DNA of 64,000 nt from Dehalococcoidia bacterium (GCA_965197645.1 OZ240219.1:2080001-2144000); one strand, 5' to 3'; numbered from the stretch's first letter, positions 19,273-29,694 are shown. Notes: generated by a model not told the origin, from the sequence alone. A program made the numbers and translations.

Positions 19273-20529
19273 GTGACCACACTGCCGATACGGGAGACCG
19301 GCGAGAAGCGCCTGGAAGACTATCGGCCCCTGGTAGGCGATAGGGTAATCGAAGAGATTCTCGCTTTGGCCGAGCCCCTACGCGGGAAACGGGTACTGCA
19401 CGTCAACTCCTCGGGATTTGGCGGCGGAGTAGCCGACCTGCTTGAGGCGCTCGTCCCCCTGATGAACGACGTCGGGCTGCAGGCGGAATGGCGCACCATT
19501 CGCGGCGATAGCTCCTTCTTCGACGTCACCAAGGCCATGCACAACTCTCTGCAGGGCAAACCGATGCGCTGGACCGCCGCCATGTGGGATACCTGGCTCA
19601 AGTTCAATCAGCAGAACGCAGCCGAGCTGGACCCGGATTACGACGTCATCATCATCCACGATCCCCAGCCCGCAGCCCTGCTTCATTATCTTCGCCAGCG
19701 CAACGGTACAAACCCGGCTTGCTGGCTCTGGCGATGTCATATCGACCTTACCGACATGCCCCGCTCCCTCTGGCGCAGGCTGCTGCCTTACCTCCGGTCC
19801 TACGACGGCACCGAGTTCAGTATGCAAGAGTTCGTGGGGCCGAGTCTGGCCGGGCCCCGTATCTTCATCTCCACCCCGGCCATCGATCCTCTGAACCCCA
19901 AAAACGTCCCGCTCAACAAGAGGGCAGCCGCCAGGGCGTTGAAGCCCTTCGGCATAGATCCCCAGCGCCCTTTAATGGCCCAGGTCTCACGCTTTGATCC
20001 CTGGAAAGACCCCCTGGGCGTCATCGACGTCTATCGCCTAGTGAAGACAGAGGTCCCCGATCTTCAGTTGGTAATGATAGGGCCCATGGCTGCCGACGAC
20101 CCAGAAGGGCTGCTGTTTTTCGAGCTGGCGGCTCGGCGGGCCGGCGAGGACCCGGATATTCACCTGCTGACCAATTTGAACGGCGCCGGAGATATGGCAG
20201 TGAACGCGGTGCAGACTCGGGCCGACATCTTACTGCAGAAGTCGGTACGCGAGGGCTTCGGGCTCAGCGTGTCGGGTTCGCTCTGGCATTCCAAACCGGT
20301 GATCGCCAGCAGGGCCGGCGGCATAGTCATGCAGGTGCTGGACGGAGAGACCGGGTTCCACGCCGAGTCCACCGGTGAGTTCGCCGACAAAGCACTGACC
20401 CTCCTCAGCGACCGGGACCTTTCGAGGAAGATGGGCAGGAAGGCCAGGGCCCACGTCCGCAGCAACTTCCTGGTAACCAGGTCCCTTCGAGACAATCTTC
20501 AGACCTACGGCGCCCTGCTGGGTAACTGA
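19273..20529 (+). CDS. treT: GT4 glycosyltransferase, trehalose synthase TreT-like
   Basis: HVNSSGFGGGVA, HNSLQG, IHDPQP, WRCHID, QVSRFDPWKDP, QKSVREGFGL. Confidence 0.8.
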   Translation: MTTLPIRETGEKRLEDYRPLVGDRVIEEILALAEPLRGKRVLHVNSSGFGGGVADLLEALVPLMNDVGLQAEWRTIRGDSSFFDVTKAMHNSLQGKPMRWTAAMWDTWLKFNQQNAAELDPDYDVIIIHDPQPAALLHYLRQRNGTNPACWLWRCHIDLTDMPRSLWRRLLPYLRSYDGTEFSMQEFVGPSLAGPRIFISTPAIDPLNPKNVPLNKRAAARALKPFGIDPQRPLMAQVSRFDPWKDPLGVIDVYRLVKTEVPDLQLVMIGPMAADDPEGLLFFELAARRAGEDPDIHLLTNLNGAGDMAVNAVQTRADILLQKSVREGFGLSVSGSLWHSKPVIASRAGGIVMQVLDGETGFHAESTGEFADKALTLLSDRDLSRKMGRKARAHVRSNFLVTRSLRDNLQTYGALLGN

Positions 20530-20589
20530 AGCCCCGTCTATCCTTGACCGCAGCGTTGGTGCTATCTAGTATGTACCAGCAGCCCTTGA

Positions 20590-20664
20590 GCGGGAGTAGC
20601 TCAGTGGTAGAGCCCCTGCCTTCCAAGCAGGTTGTCGCCGGTTCGAATCCGGTCTCCCGCTCCA
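20590..20664 (+). tRNA. tRNA-Gly (TCC), CCA encoded
   Basis: GCGGGAG/CTCCCGC acceptor stem, D arm AGCTCAGTGGTAGAGC, anticodon arm CCTGC-CTTCCAA-GCAGG, GTTCGAATC T loop. Confidence 0.95.
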
Positions 20665-20737
20665 TGTACGCCGATGTATTACTACGAAGTGCCCTCATAT
20701 ATCCTCTGTGCATCACTATGTGTGTGTCGTAGGGCAA

Positions 20738-21127
20738 ATGAATCAGGAAGTGATTACAGCGGTGATTTCAGGTGTGATTTCGGGAGTTGTTAGCGGGTTG
20801 ATTGTCGCTGCAATCCTAGGGCTTCGTAGCGGGCTATTTCGGCAGTTGTTCTGGAACATAGTCGCCCGATGGAATCGCCGGAGACAGCAGAGAGAAATGG
20901 AACGCAACGAGAGGGAAGAATACCGAAATGAGCCCGTAAAGCTCTCAACAGAAGAATTGATACACCGGGGTTGCAAGGCGAAGAGTGACGTGATTATCGA
21001 GAAGCCAAATGTATCGCATCTTCCGATGGCAAATACTCCATGCCCACGTTGTGGTTGCCGTCTACGGGGCCCTAGGCGCGGCTCCAAGCGGAAGTCTACC
21101 GAAGTGTTTATAGCCAGGAGCAACTAA
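20738..21127 (+). CDS. Hypothetical single-TM protein with C-terminal CxxC
   Basis: N-terminal hydrophobic helix, CPRCGC; visibly AT-richer than neighbours; directly after tRNA. Confidence 0.5.
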   Translation: MNQEVITAVISGVISGVVSGLIVAAILGLRSGLFRQLFWNIVARWNRRRQQREMERNEREEYRNEPVKLSTEELIHRGCKAKSDVIIEKPNVSHLPMANTPCPRCGCRLRGPRRGSKRKSTEVFIARSN

Positions 21128-21369
21128 TCTAAGTCCTCTAACTCTCCGCACACACTTCCTATCCCGGGGGTGTTTTCTTTTGTGAGACATCCCGCACGGT
21201 CTGGGAAATGTCCGATAACTTTCCCACCGGCGAATGCCAGGTCACGGACACAGCCGGCACACAGCTTGACGTAGTGTCCGACTCGTCGCTGCCTAGTTCA
21301 ATTTCGCCTTGACGCCTCCGTTCGTTTCGCCTTATCATCGGATCTACCTGAATGAGTGGAGGTGTCGCT

Positions 21370-21777
21370 ATGTCCATAGTCTTGGATCACCTGATCATGG
21401 AGTCCAAGGACATCGACGAGTCAGTCAAGTGGTACGAGGACGTTTTCGGGTTCGAACACGAAATCGTTTCACATGAGTTTGTGCAGAAGATGGCCGTTGT
21501 CAAGGTGACTGATGAGTTCGTGATCCTGATGACGCCCGCTGAAGAGCCCCAGGTCCAGCACTACGCCTTCGCCATGGACTCCGACGAGTTCAAGGCCCAG
21601 TTCCAGAAGGTAAAGGATATGGGACTGCCCTACGGGGATGGATCGGGCGGCTATGAAAGCAGCGAGGCGCTCCTGAACGGGCAAGCGCCCGGCCGGGAGC
21701 CCGGCGCCAGGGGTGAAGGGGACGCAGTGTACCTCGTCGATCCCACCGGCCACCAGATCGAGTTCATGGCCTACTAG
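21370..21777 (+). CDS. VOC/glyoxalase family protein
   Basis: LDHLI, QHYAF, VYLVDPTGHQIE; GGAGG SD. Confidence 0.85.
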   Translation: MSIVLDHLIMESKDIDESVKWYEDVFGFEHEIVSHEFVQKMAVVKVTDEFVILMTPAEEPQVQHYAFAMDSDEFKAQFQKVKDMGLPYGDGSGGYESSEALLNGQAPGREPGARGEGDAVYLVDPTGHQIEFMAY

Positions 21778-21789
21778 GGCACGGGGAAT

Positions 21790-21895
21790 CCCCGCCACCC
21801 AGGTGATTCTTCCCACCCACCCACCCTGGCATGTTTGTTGTTTGGGAGCACATCCCCCAAGCCCCCTGCCAGAGGCAGGGCGAGGCCCTGCACCC
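21790..21895 (+). repeat. Degenerate repeat unit B
   Basis: TTGGGAGCACATCCCCCAAGCCCCCTGCCAGAGG matches 59903-59937. Confidence 0.7.
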
Positions 21896-21947
21896 ATAAC
21901 ATGAGAGAAGAGGGGGCGAAACACCTTGGTGGGTCTAGGGACAGAGG

Positions 21948-22979
21948 TTACGCCTTCTGATATATCTGGAACCGGCCCCGGTTGCTCTCGGTAACGTAGA
22001 GCCGTCCCGCCCTGTCCACCTTGACCGATACCGGCCCCCAGAAATAGGACTCGGTGTGTGCCGAGACGTGGTAGGGAGTGCTCAGGTGAGGCTGTATCTG
22101 GGGGACCATGTTGGACCTGTCCCGCTCTCGTCTCTCGTCGGGATTGGAGGCGAAGAAGTCCTCGGCCCACTTGGAGAGGGTGGCCTGACCCCGTAGCTTC
22201 TGCAGGTAGCCGCCGTCCGGTCCCAGGGCCTGGACCCGTTCGTTACCCCAGTCTGCTACGTAGATGTGGCCCTCCGGGTCCACCGCCACACTGGAGGGTC
22301 GGTGGAACTGGCCGTCTCCATCTCCCGATTCTCCGAACTTGGCGAGGAACTCCCCATCGGATGAGAACTTCTGAATGCGGTCGTTGCGCCAGTCCGCCAC
22401 GTAAACATCGCCCTGCGAGTCCAGCGACACGCCCCAGGGGAGATTGAACTGGCCATCGCCGCTGCCGGCCTCTCCCCATTGCGAGAGATACTGGCCGTCG
22501 GTTGTGAACTTCTGGACCCGGTTGTTGCCTTGATCTACCAGGTAGACGTTGTCATCGGCGTCTATCGCTATGCCGGCAGGACCGTTTATCTCCCCATCTC
22601 CGTCGCCGCCCGCCCCCCATTTGCCCAGGAAGCTTCCGGACGAGTCGAAGACGGTGATGCGATTGTTCTGCTCGTCGGTGATGTACAACCGGTCCTTGCT
22701 GTCGAAGGCCATGGCCACCGGCCACAGAAACTGGCCGTCATCGGCGCCATAGCCGCCCCCGAACTCACCTAGATACTCCTCGTCGAAGTTGCAGATGCCC
22801 ACCCGAATGGCTTCGTAGAGGAAGGGCTCGGCCCTGTTCAGTACAAAGATGCGATTGTCCTTGCTGAACGCGAGGTCATAGGGGCTGGCGAATCCCCGTC
22901 CATCGGGGCTTTCGTTCACTATCCCGATGGTCTTGACGTATTCCAGGTTGAACGCCTTGGTAGGCGCCTGCGTGCTCAC
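21948..22979 (-). CDS. NHL-repeat beta-propeller protein
   Basis: Repeated GDGQFxxPxxxAxDxxGxxYVADxxNxRIQKF units. Confidence 0.9.
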   Translation of the reverse strand: MSTQAPTKAFNLEYVKTIGIVNESPDGRGFASPYDLAFSKDNRIFVLNRAEPFLYEAIRVGICNFDEEYLGEFGGGYGADDGQFLWPVAMAFDSKDRLYITDEQNNRITVFDSSGSFLGKWGAGGDGDGEINGPAGIAIDADDNVYLVDQGNNRVQKFTTDGQYLSQWGEAGSGDGQFNLPWGVSLDSQGDVYVADWRNDRIQKFSSDGEFLAKFGESGDGDGQFHRPSSVAVDPEGHIYVADWGNERVQALGPDGGYLQKLRGQATLSKWAEDFFASNPDERRERDRSNMVPQIQPHLSTPYHVSAHTESYFWGPVSVKVDRAGRLYVTESNRGRFQIYQKA

Positions 22980-23039
22980 CGTTACACCTCCGTAGCTAGC
23001 AGGTCGTGGGGAAATCCGCGGGGCTGTGCTTTGCAGCGA

Positions 23040-24455
23040 TCAAGCCAGCTGGTACTCTCTGGTCGAGGCCACCATGCCTAGCATGGAGCCTACGCGCTGT
23101 TCAGCCTCGTCATCGGGTTGGTGTCCCCGGAGATCGAGGGCGCCCTGCTCGGCCGCGAATGCGACCAGAGAGGCCCGGGTCTCGTCGGAGACGACGACAG
23201 GCCCCAGCAGGTCCAGGCAGCGGTCCACCAGCTGTTCAGGAGAAAGAACGCCTCCGTTTTCGGTGGCAAGCCTCTCGATCATCGCTCGGACTCCGGGGTT
23301 CTGTACGTTGCTCAGCTCTCTGGCGCCGAAATTGACCCGTTCCACCAGCGCGCCGCTATCGATCCACTCGACGCCTTCGTGCCACCCCTCGACGCTGGGG
23401 GGCAACAGCAGGCCCTGTCCCATGTATAGGATCTGGTCGGCCAGATCATTAGCACCGAAAGTGGGGGTCTGATAGCTTCCCGCCATGCGCACCGTGCCGA
23501 TGACCAGCTCGATAGGCCCCTTCACCCGGGCGAACCGTGCCTTCTCCGACTTGAAGTAGTCCGAGTTGAACAGGGTCTGTAGTATCGACCGTATCTCGTA
23601 GCCGGAGTCGAAATAGGTCTTCATCATCGCCTGGATGACCTGCTCCCCTTCATCGTCCACCTCGTCGGCGACGAAGAACTGGAACAGCCTCCTGCTCACG
23701 AAGCGTGCCGTCGCTTCCTGTTCAACGATGATATCGATCACATCCTCACCGTTGAACCGACCAGTCTTGCCCAGGAAGGTCTTCTCGCTGTCGTCGTGAT
23801 CGTAATCTCGATACTGGTAGTGCCAGTCTATGCGGGCATAGGGCCATACCGAGTCCTGGAGGGCTCGGTACCCCAGGTACTCAGCGTTCTCCAATGTCCA
23901 GCCCGTAAAAGCCCGGGCGCATTCCTTGACGTCCTGCTCCGTGTAGCTGCCGATGCCCATGGCGAACAGCTCCAACAGCTCCCGGCCATAGTTCTCGTTT
24001 ACGGCGCCCTTGTGGTTATCGTTGTTGTCGAGCCAGAAGAGCATGGCCGGGTCCCTGGAGAGCTCGAGCAGCAGGGTCTTGAAGCTGCCCAGTCCACACC
24101 TTCGGAACATCTCTATCTGGTTGAGGAGCGCCTTCCCGTGGTTTAGCTTGCTGAGGCTCACGGCGAAGAGGCCGTGCCAGAAAAGGGAGATCTTTTCCTC
24201 CAGCCCGCACCGGGAAGTGATCATCCGGTACATCCAGTAAGTGGCCGAGGCCGGAGGGTGGCGCAGCTCCGACATGTCCACGTGGTACCGGCGAATCAGA
24301 TCGTCGGGCATGTTTTGAGGGTTGCTTGGGTTGGTCAGCTCCTCCACCACCGTCTCGTAGCCCTTGGCCACGTACTCTTCGAGGTCCTGCCGGGTCGCAC
24401 CGAACCCCGCTCGGCGCAGCAGGTGCGCCATCAACGCAAGATCTTCGTTGCTCAT
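23040..24455 (-). CDS. DUF1800 family protein
   Basis: HLLRRAGFG, LFWHGLFA, DPAMLFWLDN, NENYGRELLELF, ARAFTGW, PPSVEGW. Confidence 0.9.
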   Translation of the reverse strand: MSNEDLALMAHLLRRAGFGATRQDLEEYVAKGYETVVEELTNPSNPQNMPDDLIRRYHVDMSELRHPPASATYWMYRMITSRCGLEEKISLFWHGLFAVSLSKLNHGKALLNQIEMFRRCGLGSFKTLLLELSRDPAMLFWLDNNDNHKGAVNENYGRELLELFAMGIGSYTEQDVKECARAFTGWTLENAEYLGYRALQDSVWPYARIDWHYQYRDYDHDDSEKTFLGKTGRFNGEDVIDIIVEQEATARFVSRRLFQFFVADEVDDEGEQVIQAMMKTYFDSGYEIRSILQTLFNSDYFKSEKARFARVKGPIELVIGTVRMAGSYQTPTFGANDLADQILYMGQGLLLPPSVEGWHEGVEWIDSGALVERVNFGARELSNVQNPGVRAMIERLATENGGVLSPEQLVDRCLDLLGPVVVSDETRASLVAFAAEQGALDLRGHQPDDEAEQRVGSMLGMVASTREYQLA

Positions 24456-24511
24456 CTCTTGTCCTCCCAAACTAGCGTGGTCCGTTGTACCGACAAAGGG
24501 GACTGCGACGA

Positions 24512-25645
24512 TCAGTTCTTGATAAGGTCGAATTGCTCGAAGTGGCCGTTGACTATGGGCGCCGCCTCCAGGTCCAGCACGCGCTCCAGCATGGTCGAGT
24601 AGGTGGAGCGGAAATCGTTGTTGAAGTGGAGATCGCCGTCCAGCTGGTCCTCCTCTTTGATAGACGGGTACTCGCCGTACATCCCCTTCTTCACGGGTTC
24701 GCCGATAACGAAGGCTATGCCTCCGGAACCGTGGTCGGTGCCCGATCCATTGTCCTTTATGCGGCGGCCAAACTCGGAGAACAGGAGTATGACTACGTCA
24801 TCCTGCTTGTCGTGCTCCTTGAGGTCGTCCATAAAGTCGCTGACGGCGCCGGAGACCTGCTGCCACAGGTTGGCGTGGCTGGCCATCTCACCGGCGTGGG
24901 TGTCGAAGCTACCGTGCTCCGTGTAGTAGATCCGAGTTCCCAGGTCGGCGAACAGTACCTGGGCTGCGCTCTTCAACGCCTGCGCAATGGGATTGGCGCC
25001 GTATTCCACGGTGGAAGAGTACAGCCCGGGCGCGGTCCTCAGGATGTCTGCTCCCTTGAGTGCATCCCTACCTGTCTGCCCGAGGTAGTCGCTGACCGGT
25101 TCCTTTCCCTCTGCGCCGCCATACATCTTGGAGAAGGCGTCCAGGGCGTACTTCTTCAGCTGCTGGTCCTGGAAGTCGGGGAATAGACCGTAGGTCTCCA
25201 GGTTGCCCACAGACGCAACAGGGACGCCTCGGCATCCAAGGGCCCTTGGCAGACCTCGGCCGAAGTTGACCCCGGTAAGCACGTTTTCGCCCTTGGGGTC
25301 CAGGTCTCTGATCGCCCGGCCCAGCCAGCCCTCGGTGGCTATCTTGTCCGGCTCGGCGGTGTGCCAGATGTCCATGGAGCGAAAGTGGGACCGATTGGGC
25401 TTGGGGTACCCGATGCCGTTGATGATGGCCACCTTGCCATCTTCCCAGAGGTCTTTGATCGGCGCCATGTTGGGGTTGAAGGCGTACTGGTCGTCTATGG
25501 GCAGCACCTCTTCGGGTTCGAGCCTCACCGTGGACCGCAGATCGTAGTACAGCCCCTCGTTGTACGGCACCAGGGTATGAAGGCAATCATTGCCTCCCGA
25601 AAGCTGTATCACCACCAACTCCTTGTTTCGTTTGCTTGAAACCAT
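24512..25645 (-). CDS. DUF1501 family protein
   Basis: QLSGGND, PNRSHFRSMDIW, FDTHA, SEFGRR, GTDHG. Confidence 0.9.
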   Translation of the reverse strand: MVSSKRNKELVVIQLSGGNDCLHTLVPYNEGLYYDLRSTVRLEPEEVLPIDDQYAFNPNMAPIKDLWEDGKVAIINGIGYPKPNRSHFRSMDIWHTAEPDKIATEGWLGRAIRDLDPKGENVLTGVNFGRGLPRALGCRGVPVASVGNLETYGLFPDFQDQQLKKYALDAFSKMYGGAEGKEPVSDYLGQTGRDALKGADILRTAPGLYSSTVEYGANPIAQALKSAAQVLFADLGTRIYYTEHGSFDTHAGEMASHANLWQQVSGAVSDFMDDLKEHDKQDDVVILLFSEFGRRIKDNGSGTDHGSGGIAFVIGEPVKKGMYGEYPSIKEEDQLDGDLHFNNDFRSTYSTMLERVLDLEAAPIVNGHFEQFDLIKN

Positions 25646-25765
25646 GTGATTTCTCCTCCCCGGGTGCTGGGCGGACGCCCTTTACATCAAAGCCGCACTA
25701 AGGTCACTCCATGCTTGCGCTGGGTGTCTTCTGTTTTCTAAGGCGGGACGGCTCTCACTGAACCT

Positions 25766-25794
25766 ACTTTATAAATACATCGTGGTGGTGTCAA
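25766..25794 (-). promoter_or_regulatory. Sigma70-type promoter of the DUF1501-DUF1800-NHL operon
   Basis: TTGACA-17 nt-TAAAGT on the minus strand. Confidence 0.6.
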
Positions 25795-25918
25795 TGCCCC
25801 TAATCACCCGACCATTACAGCTGCCGATGACCTGTAACAGGGAATCCCAGCGATTTATCGGAGCGTGGGATCGTCTACCGGCATGGGGTGCGGAGATTCT
25901 GACGAACGGGCGCTCCGA

Positions 25919-27319
25919 TTAGACCTGTGGCCTCTGATCATGCCACTCGGTTGCGTTTTCGAAAGCATGACCTATGCGGCAGAGCAACGGCTCCTGCAGC
26001 TGTTTTCCTACGAACTGGAGGCTGAGCGGAAGGCTCTCGCTGTTCAGACCACAGGGGACCGATAAGGTTGGAGCGCCATTGTAGTCGAACGGGACGGAGA
26101 AGCGGCCCCAGGCCATATCGTAGTCCACCATCGGCCCGTAGAGCTCATCCCTGCTGACCGATCTCGGAGGTCCTATCATAGATGGGCAGGCCAGTACGTC
26201 GATCCCCTCGAACACCTGCCGGAGCAGTCCGTTGCAGGCGTTTCGTAGGTTGTTGGCCTTGGCGTACTCGGCGCCGGTCACCTTTGCACCGAGGTCGAGC
26301 CAGTCACGAAATCCAGGGCCGTACTCGTCCCGCCGAAGGGGATAGGTCTTATCGTGGGCCGCGACCGCCTCCGCCGTGCACAGCACCGTCCAGGCGTTCA
26401 AGTACTCCTCCATGTCGGGCATGCCGACTTCTACGATCTCGCCGCCAAGCCCCTCGATGACGCGGACCCCTGCCAGGATGGCTTCGGCCAGTTCCGGATC
26501 GACGTCCTTGGTGACATAACTCTCATCCAAGCCCAGCTTCAGTCCCCGTATGCCTTCCTCGATGTCTCCAACCATGTTGGGTACGGGGTCGATCAGCGAC
26601 GTTGGGTCGTTCGAGTCGTGTCCCGCTATGGCCTGGAGCATGATTCCGGCATCGGCCGCAGACCGGGTCATAGGCCCCACGTGGTCGAGCGACTCGGCCA
26701 GGTCCAGCACGCCGTACCGGCTCACCCTTCCCCACGTTGGCTTGAGGCCGACGATACCGCAAGCTGCCGACGGAAACCGAATGGAACCTCCCGTATCGCT
26801 GCCCAGGGAGCCATAGCACAGCCCAGCCGCGGTCGCCACACCAGAGCCGCTGGACGATGCCCCACAGTCCCTTTCCGGATGCCACGGGTTCACGGGTATT
26901 TCGAAGTCCGGGTGATAGTTGCCCATTGCCCCTTCGGTAAGGTTCAGCTTGCCCAACAGGACTGCCCCTGCCGACTCCAACCTGGCTACGACGGTGGAGT
27001 CGTATGTTGGCACATTATCGGCTAGGACGCCGGTACCTCCCATAGTACGTACTCCCTTGGTAGCGCACAGGTCTTTGACCGCTATGGGGATGCCGTGAAG
27101 AGGACCCTTGTAGTCGCCTGAACCGATCTCCTTTTCAGCCTTCCGCGCTGATGCCACGGCATGCTCCGACATCACCGTCGCGTAGCTCTTGAGATCACCG
27201 TCCATCTCCTCTATCCGGCCAAGCAGGGCCTGGGTCAGCTCCACCGGCGACAGCCGCCGGGACCGCAGAAGCTCAGCCACCTCGGTTATCGTCTTGAAGT
27301 GCAGGGGAGTCTCAGGCAT
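25919..27319 (-). CDS. Amidase signature family enzyme
   Basis: GIPIAVKDL, GASSSGS, GSDTGGSIRFPS, GLKPTWGRVS. Confidence 0.9.
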   Translation of the reverse strand: MPETPLHFKTITEVAELLRSRRLSPVELTQALLGRIEEMDGDLKSYATVMSEHAVASARKAEKEIGSGDYKGPLHGIPIAVKDLCATKGVRTMGGTGVLADNVPTYDSTVVARLESAGAVLLGKLNLTEGAMGNYHPDFEIPVNPWHPERDCGASSSGSGVATAAGLCYGSLGSDTGGSIRFPSAACGIVGLKPTWGRVSRYGVLDLAESLDHVGPMTRSAADAGIMLQAIAGHDSNDPTSLIDPVPNMVGDIEEGIRGLKLGLDESYVTKDVDPELAEAILAGVRVIEGLGGEIVEVGMPDMEEYLNAWTVLCTAEAVAAHDKTYPLRRDEYGPGFRDWLDLGAKVTGAEYAKANNLRNACNGLLRQVFEGIDVLACPSMIGPPRSVSRDELYGPMVDYDMAWGRFSVPFDYNGAPTLSVPCGLNSESLPLSLQFVGKQLQEPLLCRIGHAFENATEWHDQRPQV

Positions 27320-27375
27320 TTGCAAGCTCCTATGAGGCGGTATGAATAGTAATGACCTCTAGTATGACACAGGGA

Positions 27376-28398
27376 CTATCTGCCAATCGCCGTTCCCAGC
27401 ATCTCGACGGCTTTCAACGGTTCGAGGTCCCAGTCGGCGAGAGACAACAACCAGTTTTCCAAGCCCTGGGCGCGGAGCTCCTCAAGCCGGTCGCCGATAT
27501 CGTTCGGGGTACCCCAGAGCCGGGCCGAGCGGGCCGCGAGCCAGTCATAAAGCCCAAGTTTCTTCGCCCGCTCTACGAGGACCCGGTTACGGTCGGGGTC
27601 CTTGAGATACGTTTCCAGGTCGAAGGTGTCGTCGTGAAGCTGGTGCAGCAGCGGCTTGTACTCTTCGGGGATGCGCTTACCCTCGGTGCCGCCCATGATC
27701 AGCCAGTGGCTCCCCGATCCCACACCGACTTCCATTGCCGTCTCCACATCCGGGCCGAAGGTGAACTCGCTGTACCACCACACCTCGACCTCGTTTGGGT
27801 TGCGCCCGGTCTCGGCACAGCCCTCGGAGATCACTGAACGCACGTAGGCGATGTCCTCCGGGGAGTAGCCCATCGATACTATCACTCCATCGGCAACCTG
27901 AGCGGCCATCTTGAGCACCCTCGGGCCGGAGCAAGCCACGTAGACCGGAGGAGCCATGTTCGGATCGATGTCATCCCACTGGGCCTTGAAGGTGTGCCCT
28001 TGCCAGGTTGCCTCTTCACCTCTCATGAGCGCTTTGATCGCCACGATGTACTCGCGCAGGAAGGCAAGCTTCGCCGGCCGAAGTCCCACTCCCCACAGCG
28101 CGCTGTCCCCGGTGGCTATGCCGATGGCCACGCGCTGCGGCGCCATCTGCGACAAGGATAGTGCGGAGGAAGCGGTGATAGAGGGATGACGGGTGACCGG
28201 ATTGGTGACGCCGGTGACCACGCTGAGCCGGGAAGTGGCGAACAAACTGGCCCCACAGGCGAGATACACTTCCGGCGAGACCAACGGCGAGTCGCCAAAG
28301 GCGATGGAGTGCAGGCCGACTTGCTCGCATGCCATGGCGAGGTCGGGGACATCCTTGAGCGGAGGAGACATTATGTTGAAGCTGATCTTCGTAGCCAT
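27376..28398 (-). CDS. LLM oxidoreductase (Mer/F420-like)
   Basis: GVTNPVTRHPSITAS, GIATGDSA, GPRVLKMAAQVADG. Confidence 0.85.
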   Translation of the reverse strand: MATKISFNIMSPPLKDVPDLAMACEQVGLHSIAFGDSPLVSPEVYLACGASLFATSRLSVVTGVTNPVTRHPSITASSALSLSQMAPQRVAIGIATGDSALWGVGLRPAKLAFLREYIVAIKALMRGEEATWQGHTFKAQWDDIDPNMAPPVYVACSGPRVLKMAAQVADGVIVSMGYSPEDIAYVRSVISEGCAETGRNPNEVEVWWYSEFTFGPDVETAMEVGVGSGSHWLIMGGTEGKRIPEEYKPLLHQLHDDTFDLETYLKDPDRNRVLVERAKKLGLYDWLAARSARLWGTPNDIGDRLEELRAQGLENWLLSLADWDLEPLKAVEMLGTAIGR

Positions 28399-28483
28399 GT
28401 CCACTCCTCGGTAATCTATTCAGCGTCGTGCTGTGAGCACTTCCGTCCAGTCCTCGCAACGGGCCACCGCAATCGGGAGCTCA

Positions 28484-29608
28484 CTATATGCTGTACAGCT
28501 TGGCGCAGTTCCCGCCGGCGATCTTGGCCTTCTCCTCCTCGGTACAGCCCACCAGGATCTCCTCGAGGATCTGCTGGCTCCTGGGGAAGGTGGACTCGGG
28601 GTGAGGATAGTCCGATCCCCACATAAGGGTATCGATGCCTATCAGGTCCCGCAGGCGTATGCCGATGTCATCCTCCTGGAACCCGAGGAAGCAGTTGCGA
28701 TGGAAATAGTCGCTGGGCGTCATGTCCTCCTGGAACCTGTACCCGACAGTAGTGCCGGGCACCTGGGTGTAGGTGTAGTCCATCCGGTTCAGGAAGTAGG
28801 GCACCCAGGACGTTTCATACTCGATGGACCCCACCCGCAGTTTCGGGTAGCGTTCGAACACACCGCCAAAGATCATGTTGGCCAGCGACATGCGGACCGC
28901 GTGTTCCCCCAGGGCTGAAGAGGCCGCCGCCCCGGCGGCCTCCAGGTCAACGGAACCTCTTTCCTCGGTGTATCGATTGGTGACCGTGTGGAGGCTCAGA
29001 GGCGTACCCAGGTCCTGGGCCGCGGCCCAGAGCGGTTCGTACTCCATCGAATCGTAGGTCCTGTCCTCGGGGGGTTCGATGGTGATCATGGCCCCGGCGA
29101 GACCCAGCTTCGCCGACCTCTCCAGCTCTTTCACCCCTTCGTCGACGTCGTCCAGGTTGATCATGGCGATGCCTTTGGTCCGTTCGGGGAACGGCCGGCA
29201 GAACTCGGCCAGCCAGTCGTTGTAAGCTCTGAAGACGGCCGATACCAGGTCGCCGTCGGGCACACCGTAGAACAGCAGGCCGGCGGTGGGATAGAGGAAG
29301 TCCGTGTCCACCCCATCGATATCCAGGTCCTTGACGTGGTCTTCGGGTATGTAACCTCCGGGGCGCACGTCGTCCAAAGCGCCGGCGAAGAGCAGATTAT
29401 CCGGGTCGGTGAATCTCTGGCCCGCTCCGCTCCCCGACCCGCCGCTCACGGCCTTCACGCCCTCGCAGACCCACCAATCGCTTCCGTCCTCATCTCGATG
29501 GACGATCCGCGGCGCCCTATCCTTGAACTTCGGGTCTATCCTGGTGGTCCACAAGTCCTCAGGCTCGAACACGTGGGAGTCAGACGATATCACTCTGTAG
29601 CTGGCCAT
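28484..29608 (-). CDS. Amidohydrolase family protein (Amidohydro_2)
   Basis: SSDSHVFEP, LYPT, AYNDWLAEFC, SLH, WGSDYPH. Confidence 0.9.
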   Translation of the reverse strand: MASYRVISSDSHVFEPEDLWTTRIDPKFKDRAPRIVHRDEDGSDWWVCEGVKAVSGGSGSGAGQRFTDPDNLLFAGALDDVRPGGYIPEDHVKDLDIDGVDTDFLYPTAGLLFYGVPDGDLVSAVFRAYNDWLAEFCRPFPERTKGIAMINLDDVDEGVKELERSAKLGLAGAMITIEPPEDRTYDSMEYEPLWAAAQDLGTPLSLHTVTNRYTEERGSVDLEAAGAAASSALGEHAVRMSLANMIFGGVFERYPKLRVGSIEYETSWVPYFLNRMDYTYTQVPGTTVGYRFQEDMTPSDYFHRNCFLGFQEDDIGIRLRDLIGIDTLMWGSDYPHPESTFPRSQQILEEILVGCTEEEKAKIAGGNCAKLYSI

Positions 29609-29659
29609 GGCCGTCCTCCGTTTGCCTGGTGTATCCGCCACTGCTCAAAAGGTATTATA

Positions 29660-29694
29660 TTGACATTCGACACGTTTTGCTTAGAGTGTCGAAT
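29660..29694 (+). promoter_or_regulatory. Promoter overlapped by a 9-bp inverted repeat (operator-like)
   Basis: TTGACA-16 nt-TAGAGT overlapped by ATTCGACAC-N12-GTGTCGAAT. Confidence 0.55.
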
